From Candidatus Latescibacterota bacterium (GTDB lineage: Bacteria; Latescibacterota; UBA2968; UBA8231), in the NCBI GenBank assembly GCA_965200315.1, contig OZ241362.1, positions 4,256,001-4,320,000 on the forward strand: a DNA stretch of 64,000 nt, given 5' to 3'. The notes beneath the pieces are model-generated. The model did not search any database. It was not told the DNA's origin and saw only the letters and a list, made by a program, of their open reading frames with translations. How positions within the stretch are numbered: the stretch's first letter is position 1; each line of letters opens with the position of its first letter. A program made the position numbers and the translations under genes. Positions 1 through 9,894 of the stretch are shown piece by piece.

Positions 1-19
1 ACCCTGCGTACCGCCCGCC

Positions 20-1966
20 TCAATACATGCGAATTACGTTGCCCGTCATTCCGGTGAAGCCATCCACGACCAGCCACGCCCCACCCGAAGCGAATTGCCC
101 GAGTATCACCCCCAAAAAGAACCAGCGCGTCGAGCGATAGCCGTTCGGCCCCATGTATTTCAAGACGACGGACTTAATCATCCAAGCGAGAAAGATACTG
201 AACCAGACGTTGCCGAGAATCCAAGTGCCGCTGGCCACGTAGCCGATGGGATGCAAAGGCCACCACAGCAAGTGGTGACGCGCCCACAGCAAGAGCGCCA
301 TGACTGCGGCCCCCACCCCGTTCCAGAGCCAGCCCAGCCAATAGGGGCCAGTCGGCGTCTCGATGAAGCGGGCAGCAAAGCGAAACGGCTCCCAAGCGAA
401 AAGCCCAGAGAAGTACTGGCGGTGCAGGTTGAGCGCCCCGTACTGGTAGCCCAAGTTCAAGGTCGCGTAGAGCGAACCCAAAAGGCCGATGGCCAGCGCC
501 GCCGTTAGCATTAATAGGATGCGCCGCCGCCCGACCTTGAGGCCGTGCAACATGCGGATGCTGTTGGCGCAGGGGGCCATCATAAAGACCAGCAGGTCGC
601 CCGCCCAAGCGAGGGTAAAGCCCAGCGCCATCATCCCGGTTGCCCCCAGTGCCGACGAGCCGACGCCCGAGACCACAAAGCCCGCGCCCGACAGCCCCTC
701 CACAGCCGACGAGAGACCCGCTTCGACGATCACGCGGGTGAGCGCGAAGAAGATGGCGAATGCCGCGCCGAGAAACAGCACCACCGCCCACCAAGGCAAC
801 CCCGTCTGACACAGCCACAAGCCCATGACGACCAAGCCCACGGCCAAGCCCACCAAGGCCGTCCGACAGGACAGCAACTCCCCGGCTGCGCTGCCGCCGA
901 CTTTGGCCTGTTGCCACACGGCCTTTAGATGCCCGCGGGCCGTCCACAGCCCCAAGACGACCAGTGCGATCATCGCGCCCATGCTCTGATGGCTCAACAT
1001 GCCCGTAGTGGGGCCGGCGTGACTGAAGGCGTCGAGCTGTTCGGTCGTGAAGATGCCGAGGGTCGAGCAGGCCCATTCTTGGGCTTTGGCCAACAGGTAG
1101 AAAAACCACAAGCTGCCGGAGATTCCCGTGTTGATAAAATAGGCCAGGCCCATCATCAAGAAGTTGAGCCGGACGCGCAAGACAACCGCGTCGTGCCCCA
1201 AGGCGAGCGGCAGGTTGAGATCGACGCGCGGCGCAAATTCGTAGTAGTGGCTAAAGGAGTTGATCGTGTTGAGAATCGCCGGCACCGCAAACCCGGCCCA
1301 CATGATTGGGTTGCGTAAAAAGGGCTTTATGCGCGCTGGCCGCGGGCCGTCTTCAATCATCCCCAACGGCACTTGGACCAGCGGATAGAGCAACCGCTCG
1401 TGGTCCATCCACTGCCGCCGCATAATCACCATCGCGCAGAGGAGCACGAGATAGAAGGCCGCCATAAAGAACAACCACCAAAAAAGCGGCTCGACCCAAG
1501 CACCCCAAGGGATGGATTCGCCGCGGGGGAGTCCTTCGTAAAACTGCTTGATCGCCACTTCGTCTTGGACGACCAGCCAAGTGGGGATGTGGGGTATTAG
1601 CAGCTCGGCCCAGTTGTTTTCTGGGGTCGCATAGTAGAGCACGCTAGAAATGGCGGGGATCGCGGCACCGGTAAAGCCCCGCGATGGGATCGCCGTTGCC
1701 AGCATCATCATCGCGGTAATCAGCAGCAATTCGGCGCGGTTGAAGGCCCAATTTCGTCGCACGAGCCCCAGCAGCGGTTGCACCAGCGCGAGCAAACAGA
1801 AGAGCAGGAAAAAGGCGGCTGGCGTCGAGGAGCTCAAACCCAGCCGGGTGCCCTTGATCACGAATTCCCCGTAGGGCAGCCCCACGGCGATCAGGGCGCA
1901 AAGCCCGAGGCCAGTCAGCATGGCCGGTAGGCCGATTGCAGGGGAGGGCTGGGGATCTAGGGACAT
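20..1966 (-). CDS. Polytopic membrane protein, DUF6785/DUF6784-like (putative transporter)
   Basis: Many TM helices with family-like motifs (QWMDHERLLYPL, WWPLHPIGY); start taken at MSLDP (ATG 1966). Confidence 0.7.
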   Translation of the reverse strand: MSLDPQPSPAIGLPAMLTGLGLCALIAVGLPYGEFVIKGTRLGLSSSTPAAFFLLFCLLALVQPLLGLVRRNWAFNRAELLLITAMMMLATAIPSRGFTGAAIPAISSVLYYATPENNWAELLIPHIPTWLVVQDEVAIKQFYEGLPRGESIPWGAWVEPLFWWLFFMAAFYLVLLCAMVIMRRQWMDHERLLYPLVQVPLGMIEDGPRPARIKPFLRNPIMWAGFAVPAILNTINSFSHYYEFAPRVDLNLPLALGHDAVVLRVRLNFLMMGLAYFINTGISGSLWFFYLLAKAQEWACSTLGIFTTEQLDAFSHAGPTTGMLSHQSMGAMIALVVLGLWTARGHLKAVWQQAKVGGSAAGELLSCRTALVGLAVGLVVMGLWLCQTGLPWWAVVLFLGAAFAIFFALTRVIVEAGLSSAVEGLSGAGFVVSGVGSSALGATGMMALGFTLAWAGDLLVFMMAPCANSIRMLHGLKVGRRRILLMLTAALAIGLLGSLYATLNLGYQYGALNLHRQYFSGLFAWEPFRFAARFIETPTGPYWLGWLWNGVGAAVMALLLWARHHLLWWPLHPIGYVASGTWILGNVWFSIFLAWMIKSVVLKYMGPNGYRSTRWFFLGVILGQFASGGAWLVVDGFTGMTGNVIRMY

Positions 1967-2151
1967 GGAGTGGTCTATGAGGAATGGAGTGGCAGGTGCG
2001 CAGTGAAGTGGCAAACGTAGCCAAATTCGCAGATACCCGTCAATAAATGGCCGGCCCCGCGACAAGGGATGGCGGCGATCTGGTTGCTGTCGGCGGGAAA
2101 AAGCCGCTAACTATCTGGGTATCTGGTGACCTTTTTCATAGACGAGGAGAT

Positions 2152-4125
2152 ATGGAGCGCAAAATCTACGCCTTTGGCATGGACGGCTTTATCGTCCCGA
2201 TGATGAAGCGATTCGCCGCCGAAGGGGCTTTGCCCCATTGCGAACGCCTGTTGCGCCAGGGCGCGGTCAATCAGACCCTGCCCTCTTTCCCGGTGTGGAC
2301 CCCGACTAACTGGGCCACCCTTTCGACCGGGGCGCACACGGGTACGCACGGGGTGACGCGCTGGCGGGTGGAAGTCGTGCCGGGCCAGCGGATCGACAGT
2401 TTCGACGGGCGGGCCAACAATGCCGAGCGCATCTGGAACGCCTTGGAACGGGCAGGCATGCAGAGCGTGGCCGTACACTATCCGGCCGCCCATCCTTCCG
2501 GGGTGAAGACGGGCTTTGTCGTCGATGGCTTTGGCCACCCTGGGCATCGCAGCACGGATTTTGAAGTGGCTATCTGCCAAGCCTATACCACGGAGGCCGC
2601 GCTAGAGGGAGCTATCGAAATGGACCACGATGGCACGGCCGTGCGGCAAAAACAGCGCAGCGTCGAGCCGATTCCGCCGCTAACATCGGCGCAGGCGTGG
2701 CGGAACCTGCCCGAGAGCAAAGCCCCGCCGCTGGAGAGCCGCATTGAGGTGGTGGCTCGGTTGGGCGGGGATGTCACCGCGTTCCACTTGCTGGCGGTGG
2801 ATAGTGAGGGGAGGGGCTACGACCGGGTGCTGGTGTGTCGGGAGCGCGACGGAGCCAGTTGCATAGCTGCTGCCGGAGTGGGGGAATGGAGCGAGTGGGC
2901 GGTGGAAGACTTTGCCATCAGCGGGAACAGACGTTCGGCATCGGTGCGCTTCAAGCTGATGGAACTGGCCGCGGATGGCAGCCGCCTGAAGCTCTACCGC
3001 ACTCAAGTGACTTACACCGATGGCTTCACGCTGCCCGACGAGTTGGCCGGGGAGCTGGTGGAACGCCTTGGCCCCTATCAGGAACACGCCTCCATGTTGC
3101 CCTATACCTCTGGGATGGCCGATTTTGACACGGCCTTGGAAGAATGCGAGTACCAAGGGATGTGGTTTGCCGAGGTCGCCCGCTACATGCTGCGCGAGCG
3201 GGGCTGTTCCTTTTTTATCTGCCACTGGCATCTGTACGACTATCTCAACCACATCCACCTCGGGGACGTGGACCCGGTGTGCCCAGGGTACGAAGCGGAG
3301 CGCACCGAACAGTACGTGGACTATTTTCGGCGGGCCTATCAGGTGGGGGACCGCATCTTGGGGCGGCTGTGGGAGGCCGCAGACGAGCATACATACGTGG
3401 GCGTGGTGTCCGACCACGGGTGTTCGCCCGATGTGCGGGTGGCTAATATCCGGCAGTTTTTGCACGAGCAGGGCTTTCTGGCGCTCAAGGGCGGCGGGGA
3501 AGAAGCGCTGGTGCGCGATCAGGTGCGCGAAGAGGACATCGATTGGGAGCACACCCGGGCCTATATGAAGGACGACAAGGGCTTCGACATTTTCATCAAC
3601 GCCGAGCCGGGGCCGGAATTCGACCGGATTGAGGCCGAGTTGCTGTTGTCCTTGCGCACTTGGGTTGACCAAGAAGTGGGGCGCAATCCGGTGGCCATAG
3701 CACTGCCGCGGCGAGACGCGTACATCTTGGGCCAGTGGGGAGACCAATGCGGCGATGTGGTCTTTGCTTGGGACCATGGGTACGTGAGCGGGTACTATGG
3801 GCAGTGGCGCGGCATTGCGGGCGGGGGCTGCGTAGGAGCGCCCAATGTGTTCGGAGCGCACCACGGGGGTTTTCTGCCGACCCAAAGCGAGGACTCGTCC
3901 AGCTTTGGCTCGTGGTTGTTGGCCGGGCCAAGCGTAAAGCAGGGCTACGAGCGGCCGGTGGACAAACTAGGGTACATCCACGCCGCCGACGTCGTGCCCA
4001 CCTTTTGCCAGATACTGGGAGCCGAGCCGCCGCGACAGGCGCAGGGGACGGTGGCGCGGGATCTGTTTGAGGGGTACGAAATGGTGCGGGAGCGGGCTCC
4101 AGTCTGCGATCAATCCTCCTCATAG
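2152..4125 (+). CDS. Alkaline phosphatase superfamily protein (type I phosphodiesterase/nucleotide pyrophosphatase)
   Basis: GMDG, PVWTPTNWATLSTG (Thr nucleophile), SDHG and ADVVPT motifs; GAGGAG RBS before ATG 2152. Confidence 0.8.
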   Translation: MERKIYAFGMDGFIVPMMKRFAAEGALPHCERLLRQGAVNQTLPSFPVWTPTNWATLSTGAHTGTHGVTRWRVEVVPGQRIDSFDGRANNAERIWNALERAGMQSVAVHYPAAHPSGVKTGFVVDGFGHPGHRSTDFEVAICQAYTTEAALEGAIEMDHDGTAVRQKQRSVEPIPPLTSAQAWRNLPESKAPPLESRIEVVARLGGDVTAFHLLAVDSEGRGYDRVLVCRERDGASCIAAAGVGEWSEWAVEDFAISGNRRSASVRFKLMELAADGSRLKLYRTQVTYTDGFTLPDELAGELVERLGPYQEHASMLPYTSGMADFDTALEECEYQGMWFAEVARYMLRERGCSFFICHWHLYDYLNHIHLGDVDPVCPGYEAERTEQYVDYFRRAYQVGDRILGRLWEAADEHTYVGVVSDHGCSPDVRVANIRQFLHEQGFLALKGGGEEALVRDQVREEDIDWEHTRAYMKDDKGFDIFINAEPGPEFDRIEAELLLSLRTWVDQEVGRNPVAIALPRRDAYILGQWGDQCGDVVFAWDHGYVSGYYGQWRGIAGGGCVGAPNVFGAHHGGFLPTQSEDSSSFGSWLLAGPSVKQGYERPVDKLGYIHAADVVPTFCQILGAEPPRQAQGTVARDLFEGYEMVRERAPVCDQSSS

Positions 4126-4343
4126 ACAGCCTCCCCACGGTGCAGCCGCTGGGCGATCTCGAGAGTTTGGAGCAGCTCGCGCTGAGTGGGTGCCTTGGCC
4201 GCCAGAAAGCGGGCTGCGGCCACCATCAGAATCCGTTGCTCACCGACGTCAGTGCGCTCTCCATACTGGCGGATGGCTGCCTCGAGCATCTGAAAGCTGT
4301 GGAACTCGGCGTCCTCTCTCACTAGGGAAGCGCTTTCAACCAC
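4110..4343 (-). pseudogene. C-terminal remnant of a Rieske(2Fe-2S)-associated protein
   Basis: REDAEFHSFQMLEA...AARFLAAKAPTQR...IAQRLHRGE resembles the C-terminus of long Rieske-domain proteins; no N-terminal part present. Confidence 0.5.
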
Positions 4344-4608
4344 TGCCCATCACCCTAGCGCACGCCTTGGCCGTGGTCTCCTTGCCCCCGATCCATCAGG
4401 ACCCCTTTGATCGCATCCAAGCGGCGCAGGCGAAATTGGAGAACTTAATTAGTGACGCGGGATGCCCGCCTCAAGCAGTGCGGCATCCCTTGTATCGACG
4501 CCTGAACCTCCTTGATGGGTACGGCGCGCTCTGTAGCGAGGGTGCTTGACAAGGCGACTTTTTGGTGGGTATCTAGGGCGCTGTCAATGACTTATTTGAG
4601 GAGGAACC

Positions 4609-5493
4609 ATGGACAATTTGAATAAACGCACCTTGGGTCGCACGGGGCTCGAAGTCACGCAACTCGGCTTTGGCGCGGCCGAGCGCGGCTTGCCGGATGA
4701 AGCCGAGTACGACGATCAGGCCGGCAGCGTCTTGAATGCGGCTCTCGATGCGGGGATTAATCTCGTTGACACGGCTCCAGATTACGGCGCGAGCGAGGAG
4801 CGGGTCGGCCAGTACCTCAGCCATCGCCGCGACGAGTTTTTCTTGGCTACCAAGTGTGGCTGCAACATCGACGTGGAGGGCAACAGGCTGGAGCCGGGCC
4901 ACCTGTGGACGGCCGAGCGCCTGCGCACCAACATTGACCAGAGCCTGCGCCGCCTGAAAACCGACTGCGTAGATCTGCTACAAATGCACAATCCCACCGT
5001 GGAAGATGTTGAGTTGGGGGGGCTGATCGAGGTGCTAGAGGCTATTCGACAGGCGGGAAAGACCCGTTTCATTGGCGTGTCTTCCACGCTGCCGCATTTG
5101 GCCGCGTTCGTGGAGTCGGGGGCGTTTGATGTGTTTCAGATTCCCTACTCAGCCCTTGAGCGCCAGCACGAAAGGATTATTCAGGAAGCGGCCGACGCCG
5201 GAGCCGGCATTCTCATTCGCGGCGGCATCAGTTTGGGCCACCGAGCCAATGAGGAGCGCCAGTCGAAGTGGGAGCGGTCCGGTTTGGACGAACTCACCGG
5301 CGAGATGAGTCGCCACGAGTTTATACTGCGTTTCACCCTCGCGCATCCAGCGTGTCACACGACGATTGTCGGCACGACGAACCTCGAACACATGAAGTCC
5401 AATGTCGCGGCGGCCTTGGCGGGGCCACTGCCTGCGGAGCGCTATGCGGAGGCGAGGGCCAAGCTGGCGAGTATTGGCGAGGAGCCAGCGTAG
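4609..5493 (+). CDS. Aldo/keto reductase
   Basis: LGRTGLEV, DTAPDYG, ATK and SLRRLKTDCVDLLQMH motifs; GAGGAGG RBS. Confidence 0.9.
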   Translation: MDNLNKRTLGRTGLEVTQLGFGAAERGLPDEAEYDDQAGSVLNAALDAGINLVDTAPDYGASEERVGQYLSHRRDEFFLATKCGCNIDVEGNRLEPGHLWTAERLRTNIDQSLRRLKTDCVDLLQMHNPTVEDVELGGLIEVLEAIRQAGKTRFIGVSSTLPHLAAFVESGAFDVFQIPYSALERQHERIIQEAADAGAGILIRGGISLGHRANEERQSKWERSGLDELTGEMSRHEFILRFTLAHPACHTTIVGTTNLEHMKSNVAAALAGPLPAERYAEARAKLASIGEEPA

Positions 5494-5541
5494 CTCTGCC
5501 GGCTTGGGAGCGACGACGCACCCTCGGAAAAGGGGTTGGGG

Positions 5542-6054
5542 CTAGTCTGAAACTTGAGGCCGCCTTGGCACGGTTTTTGTCCAAGTTGATCGGTCGATAA
5601 TATCCCTCACAACCATTCTCACGGCCTTGCCGATAGCTTGCTCGCGCTCGGCATCCACTTCATACGTCCCCCACCCTGTCGCCTCGTATTGCCTCAGCAG
5701 TACCGGCCCCTCAAAGGCTTTTATCTCGACGGAGACCACCACAGAGAATCGATATTGATCTACGGATTGAGCCGAGGGGTGGAAGTGATCTTCAACGGAG
5801 AGGATGTCGAGATAGAGGATCGCATCGGCTCCTTCCTCGTCCGCAATGCGCAATCGCCCTTCTTGGCTAAAGGCTCTTAGCGACATCTCGGTCAGGCTAT
5901 CGGCAACGGACTGTTCTGAGGTCTGGTTACTCGGCCGGGGTATCCCTATGCTGTTGATCCCGCCTAAGAAGCTGCTTGGAGTCGCGTAGTAGCAGCCGGT
6001 GGCGAGGAAAAGGGCGAGCAGAAGTTTTGCCAAAGGGGCCACTTCTTTAGTCAT
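5542..6054 (-). CDS. LptE-like lipoprotein
   Basis: Lipobox (LATG-C), INSIGIP...N and ADAIL motifs; about 170 aa. Confidence 0.55.
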   Translation of the reverse strand: MTKEVAPLAKLLLALFLATGCYYATPSSFLGGINSIGIPRPSNQTSEQSVADSLTEMSLRAFSQEGRLRIADEEGADAILYLDILSVEDHFHPSAQSVDQYRFSVVVSVEIKAFEGPVLLRQYEATGWGTYEVDAEREQAIGKAVRMVVRDIIDRSTWTKTVPRRPQVSD

Positions 6055-6102
6055 GGTTTGGGAGATCGGGGAGATTTGGACATGGCAATTGGGACGCGGC
6101 CC

Positions 6103-6873
6103 CTAACTGAGCATGGCGCGTTCTTCGTCGCTCATGTCGAGGATGTAATCGGGGACTTGCGTCTGATGATAGCCGGGCGCGTGGGCTTGGAAAGATGGAC
6201 TGTATTTGTAGATCAGGGAGCGGCGCTGGTGTTCGCCCTGCCATACTAGGGTGCCGTGAGTCAGTGCTTCGGTGAAGATGATGGCGTCGCCGGCTTGGCT
6301 GTGGACCTCTTTGACGTACTCGCGGTGTTCCTCGTACAGGGATAGCTTCTCGGGCAGGGGAAAATTGGCTTTGTGGGACCCGGGTATGACCGCTAGGCCG
6401 CCGTCGCCGGGGCCTTCGTCGGCTAGCTGGAATTCGACCGCGGTCAAGCCGCAGAACATCTGGCCGTATTTGAAAGTGTAGGTCTGCGAGAAGTCTTGGC
6501 GCTCAACGCCGCCGCCGTGCAAGAAGTGGCCGCCGTCGCCTTTGTCCATGGCAATGAGCAAGGGACCGTGATCTAAGCGGTAGCCGCCGCCGAGCAGTTC
6601 GTTGAGATAGGGCTGGATCACGGCGTGGACGAGTAGGTCGCGAAAAGGCTCGCAGTGCGGGCGTTCCCATTCCAACATGCCCTCCATCCACTTTTGCTTG
6701 TTCGTGCCGCCGAGGACCTTGGAGTCTCCTTCGAGGGTGCGCTCGGTCTGGAAAAAGTGCTCGGCGTGGGCGTCGATGGCGGCGTTGCAGCGGTCCACTT
6801 CCTCTTGGCTCAGCACCCCCTTGAGGTGGACGAAGCCTTTAAGATCGAAGAAGAATTTATCGTCGTCGTTCAT
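6103..6873 (-). CDS. Phytanoyl-CoA dioxygenase (PhyH) family Fe/2OG enzyme, HxG variant
   Basis: FFFDLKGF, LHGGG, VIPGSHK, AGDAIIFTEALTHG and RR motifs. Confidence 0.85.
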   Translation of the reverse strand: MNDDDKFFFDLKGFVHLKGVLSQEEVDRCNAAIDAHAEHFFQTERTLEGDSKVLGGTNKQKWMEGMLEWERPHCEPFRDLLVHAVIQPYLNELLGGGYRLDHGPLLIAMDKGDGGHFLHGGGVERQDFSQTYTFKYGQMFCGLTAVEFQLADEGPGDGGLAVIPGSHKANFPLPEKLSLYEEHREYVKEVHSQAGDAIIFTEALTHGTLVWQGEHQRRSLIYKYSPSFQAHAPGYHQTQVPDYILDMSDEERAMLS

Positions 6874-6878
6874 ACGTA

Positions 6879-7023
6879 GGGTCCCTAACCAGACTGGATG
6901 TTCCGCCTAAAAGCCTGCGCCCGTGAAACGGGTGCGCGGTGCAGCCTGCTTTCGCCGGAATGACCGGGGCGGGCGAGACGCCCGCGCTCCGAGCAATCGC
7001 CCGTCGGGTTTTGTTAGAGTCTG
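6879..7023. repeat. MITE-like intergenic repeat containing REP-like palindromes (copy 1)
   Basis: Shares ACTGGATG..CGCCTAAAAGCCTGCGCCCGTGAAA(A)CGGGTG(G)CGCGGTG with 26719-26769 (inverted) and GGAATGAC..GGGCGGGCGAGA with 36260-36285; degenerate CTAAC(A/C)A-type ends. Confidence 0.65.
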
Positions 7024-7800
7024 TTAGTGTGGTGGCTGGAGGACGGCTTGTTGCTCTGGCGTCATGGTTTGGACGTAGGGTGGATACGATACTTCGTAGA
7101 GGGCGGCGACGCGGGCTTGATAGCGCGGGCAGTAGGAGTAAAGCAGGGTGCGGCGCTGGTGGTCCGCCCGCCAGATTAGGGTGCCGTGAATGGTGGCTTC
7201 GGCGAAGATCACCACATCGCCAGCGCACACGTTGACCTCGACCACTTCGTCTTGGAACGCCTCGTAATGGCGCAGTGCTTCGGGGATTGGATAGTTGGCT
7301 TTATGGCCGCCGGGGATTACGGCCAAGCCGCCATCGCCGGGGCCTTCGTCGGCCAGCGGGACTTCCACCAAGGTCAGGCTGTTGTAGATTTTGCCGAATT
7401 TCCAGTGATAGGTCAGCGAATAGGACAGCCGATCGAGTTGGCCGCCGTGGAGGTAGTGACCGGCGCAGCCTTGGTCCATCACAATTAGTCGCGGCCGGGT
7501 GGCCATGTGATAGCCGCCGATTATTTCGCGCAAGTAGGGTTTGAGGCGAGGGTGTACCATCAATTGGCGGAAGGGCTCGCAATAGGGCCGCTCCCAAGCG
7601 ACCATCTCATCGCTCCAGCGCTGTCGGATGTCGCTGGTCAGGGCCTTGGACTCGCCTTCAAAGCGGCGCTCGTGGACCTCGATCTGGTCGTCGTAGCGAT
7701 CGATGGCCTCGTTGCAGCGGCGGATGGTGTCTGGATCGACGACATCTCTGAGGACGAGGTAGCCGTTGAGGTCGAAGAAGTACTTTTCGTCGTCTGTCAT
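7024..7800 (-). CDS. PhyH family Fe/2OG enzyme, HxG variant (tandem paralog of 6103-6873)
   Basis: MTDDEKYFFDLNGY, LHGGQ, DEGPGDGGLAVIPG (shared with neighbour), TIHGT. Confidence 0.85.
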   Translation of the reverse strand: MTDDEKYFFDLNGYLVLRDVVDPDTIRRCNEAIDRYDDQIEVHERRFEGESKALTSDIRQRWSDEMVAWERPYCEPFRQLMVHPRLKPYLREIIGGYHMATRPRLIVMDQGCAGHYLHGGQLDRLSYSLTYHWKFGKIYNSLTLVEVPLADEGPGDGGLAVIPGGHKANYPIPEALRHYEAFQDEVVEVNVCAGDVVIFAEATIHGTLIWRADHQRRTLLYSYCPRYQARVAALYEVSYPPYVQTMTPEQQAVLQPPH

Positions 7801-7870
7801 ACGCCAATTTCCCGTAAATAGTGGGACTAGGAAAGTGGGCGCTGACTCAGCGGTACGCAACTCCGGGACT

Positions 7871-8313
7871 TCACTCTGGCACTGGTTGCAAGCTGTCCAG
7901 TGCTTCTTGGAGAGCAGCGGTTAGGGCCTCGGGCTCATTCGTGCCGATGCGATAGGTCTTGCCGCTTTTCATTTTTAGCTCTACCGCTTCCTGTCCCGAG
8001 ACATTGTAGAGCCAGCCGTGGGGTGTCAGGCGGATGCCCCAGCCGTAGATCAAGGGGTTTCTCACCGGCCGGCCGGCGTCGATCTGATCGAGGGGGAAGC
8101 GCTTGCGGATTAGGCCGCTGCCAAAGCGGATGCGGAGGTGCCCGGCGTCGATTTCGACGGTCAGGTTGGCGAACAGGGCCAAGGCTACGGCGAGGACTAC
8201 CACTGCGCTGGTGGCCATTCCGCCCCCCCCGCGGGCAGGACAGTTAGCGGTATGGCGGCCGAGGCGATGGCGACGACGACCTTGCCGAACTGAGTGTGGC
8301 GATAGGTGTTCAC
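7871..8313 (-). pseudogene. Small membrane/PH-like protein frameshifted at a G8 tract
   Basis: GTG 8313 overlaps upstream TGA and reads MNTYRHTQFGK...; one extra G in the C8 run at 8223-8230 would join it to ORF 7871-8218 (YGWGIR, WLYNVSG, IGT). Confidence 0.6.
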
Positions 8314-9296
8314 TGCATCTGCTCCTGCCATGGTTTGATCCACAGGCCCACCAGTTTGCCGTCTTGATCGAGGACGACGCGCACTTCGGGTGATGCGGTA
8401 CTGTACCGACCTCTGAAGCGGTGGATCAGCAGGTTCGGCTGGCTTTCTATGGCGTGGGTCTCGACGAAGTCTAGGCCCTCAAAGGTGCCGAAGAGTTGCC
8501 GGAGTTGTTGGTAGCTGTGGCGCTGGACCTCTGAGGTGAAAGCCCTGCGAAAGCCCTCGGCGGCTTCTGGTCCCAAGGTTTCAAAGCGACCCTGTTCGTG
8601 GGCTTGGAGGATTTGGGTGGCCAGTTGTGCGGCCAGATGGCGTTGCTCGGACTGGACGGGTGCGCTGGCAACGGTCTGGGGGGTTGCGGTCCCCGGCAGC
8701 AGGCGTCCCGCCGCTCCGGTGGCGACCTCGCCTAGGGCGATGGCGGCGATGAATACGGTAATGGCCCGACCACCGGCGACATTGCACGAAACAGCAAAGG
8801 CGCGGTACATCAGGAACACCATCCAGACCATCAGGAGTATCAGCACTAGGCCCGCCGAAATGAGGAGGGCAAGCTGCGCGATGGAGAGATACGAGATGCC
8901 TTGGGCGATCAAAGCCGTGGTGAGGTCGAGAAAGGGAGGCGACACCGCGATCAGGGCGATGAGCAGTCCGGGAGCCCGGGCTAGGGCTTGGGTGCCGAAG
9001 ACGTCGATGGGGCGCACGCGGCTGCGACTGATCAGGCGACCGCCGACGTAGAGCAGGGCACTGGGGATGGCCCAGGCCATGAGGCCCTGCGCTATAGCGT
9101 ACCAGAGTGGGGCCGGGGCCGTGCGCTGGAAGGAAATCACGCCTGTGAAGCGTAAATCGAAGATGCCGCCAAGCCAAGTAGCCAAAGCGATACACGTCAG
9201 GCCATAGGCTAGGGCTTGGCCGCCGGCTAGGAAGTGAAAGGGATTGAACAGCCACAGGTGCCAAGCTGAGGTCGTGCGGGTGTGGGGAGCGTCCAT
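8310..9296 (-). CDS. Yip1-like membrane protein with C-terminal DUF3887-like domain
   Basis: LFNPF start, about 5-6 TM helices, C-terminal soluble domain ending VVLDQDGKLVGLWIKP. Confidence 0.55.
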   Translation of the reverse strand: MDAPHTRTTSAWHLWLFNPFHFLAGGQALAYGLTCIALATWLGGIFDLRFTGVISFQRTAPAPLWYAIAQGLMAWAIPSALLYVGGRLISRSRVRPIDVFGTQALARAPGLLIALIAVSPPFLDLTTALIAQGISYLSIAQLALLISAGLVLILLMVWMVFLMYRAFAVSCNVAGGRAITVFIAAIALGEVATGAAGRLLPGTATPQTVASAPVQSEQRHLAAQLATQILQAHEQGRFETLGPEAAEGFRRAFTSEVQRHSYQQLRQLFGTFEGLDFVETHAIESQPNLLIHRFRGRYSTASPEVRVVLDQDGKLVGLWIKPWQEQMQ

Positions 9297-9323
9297 GGCG
9301 AGCTGCTTTCTGTGAGATGAGCG

Positions 9324-9653
9324 TCACCCTTGCTCGACTAGAGGGTCCTTTGGTTTTGCCTCCTCTTCCAACGGCTGCAGTTGCTCGACGAGGGCATCGA
9401 GGCGGTTGCGCAGAGTGGGGTAGGAGACTCCGTAGAGTTTGGCCATGTGCTTGAGATTGCCGCCGGTCTGGAGGAAGCAGAGCACAAAGGTCTGATCCTC
9501 TGGGGCAAGGCGGGCCAACGGCGGCAGGGCAAAATCGCCTAGCACGGCCGTATCGCACTCGGTACAATCTAGGCGGGCGACCTGCAGGGATGCGGAACAA
9601 GCCGGGCAATGGGTAGGCAAGCGAGGGGTCTGTATTGGATCAGTGTGATTCAT
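9324..9653 (-). CDS. DUF2089 family Zn-ribbon/HTH regulator
   Basis: CPAC...CTEC and GNLKHMAKLYGVSYPTLRNRLD. Confidence 0.85.
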   Translation of the reverse strand: MNHTDPIQTPRLPTHCPACSASLQVARLDCTECDTAVLGDFALPPLARLAPEDQTFVLCFLQTGGNLKHMAKLYGVSYPTLRNRLDALVEQLQPLEEEAKPKDPLVEQG

Positions 9654-9894
9654 TTTTATTCAACAAATTTTTAAAAAAGTTAAAGTATAATTATCTTTTA
9701 CGCAATAATAATTTTTAAATATACAAGCGTTCGCGTCCGAAGTAGTAGCGATTCGACAAGGGGTCTGTCGCTACCGGGAAATCCTTGCCACGAGGGTAGG
9801 TTCATGGTATCTTGCCCGAACTGGTGAAGTAACGTCCTCTGTAACTGCTACCGCTCCACGCTAATAAATTCCTGTGAATCAAGGCTTTGTGCTC

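Noticed and set aside
2680-3885. Long antisense or shadow ORFs (also 174-1109, 8581-9609, 30125-31240, 39887-40822)
   Set aside because: They overlap well-supported genes and have no motifs, as expected in GC-rich DNA.
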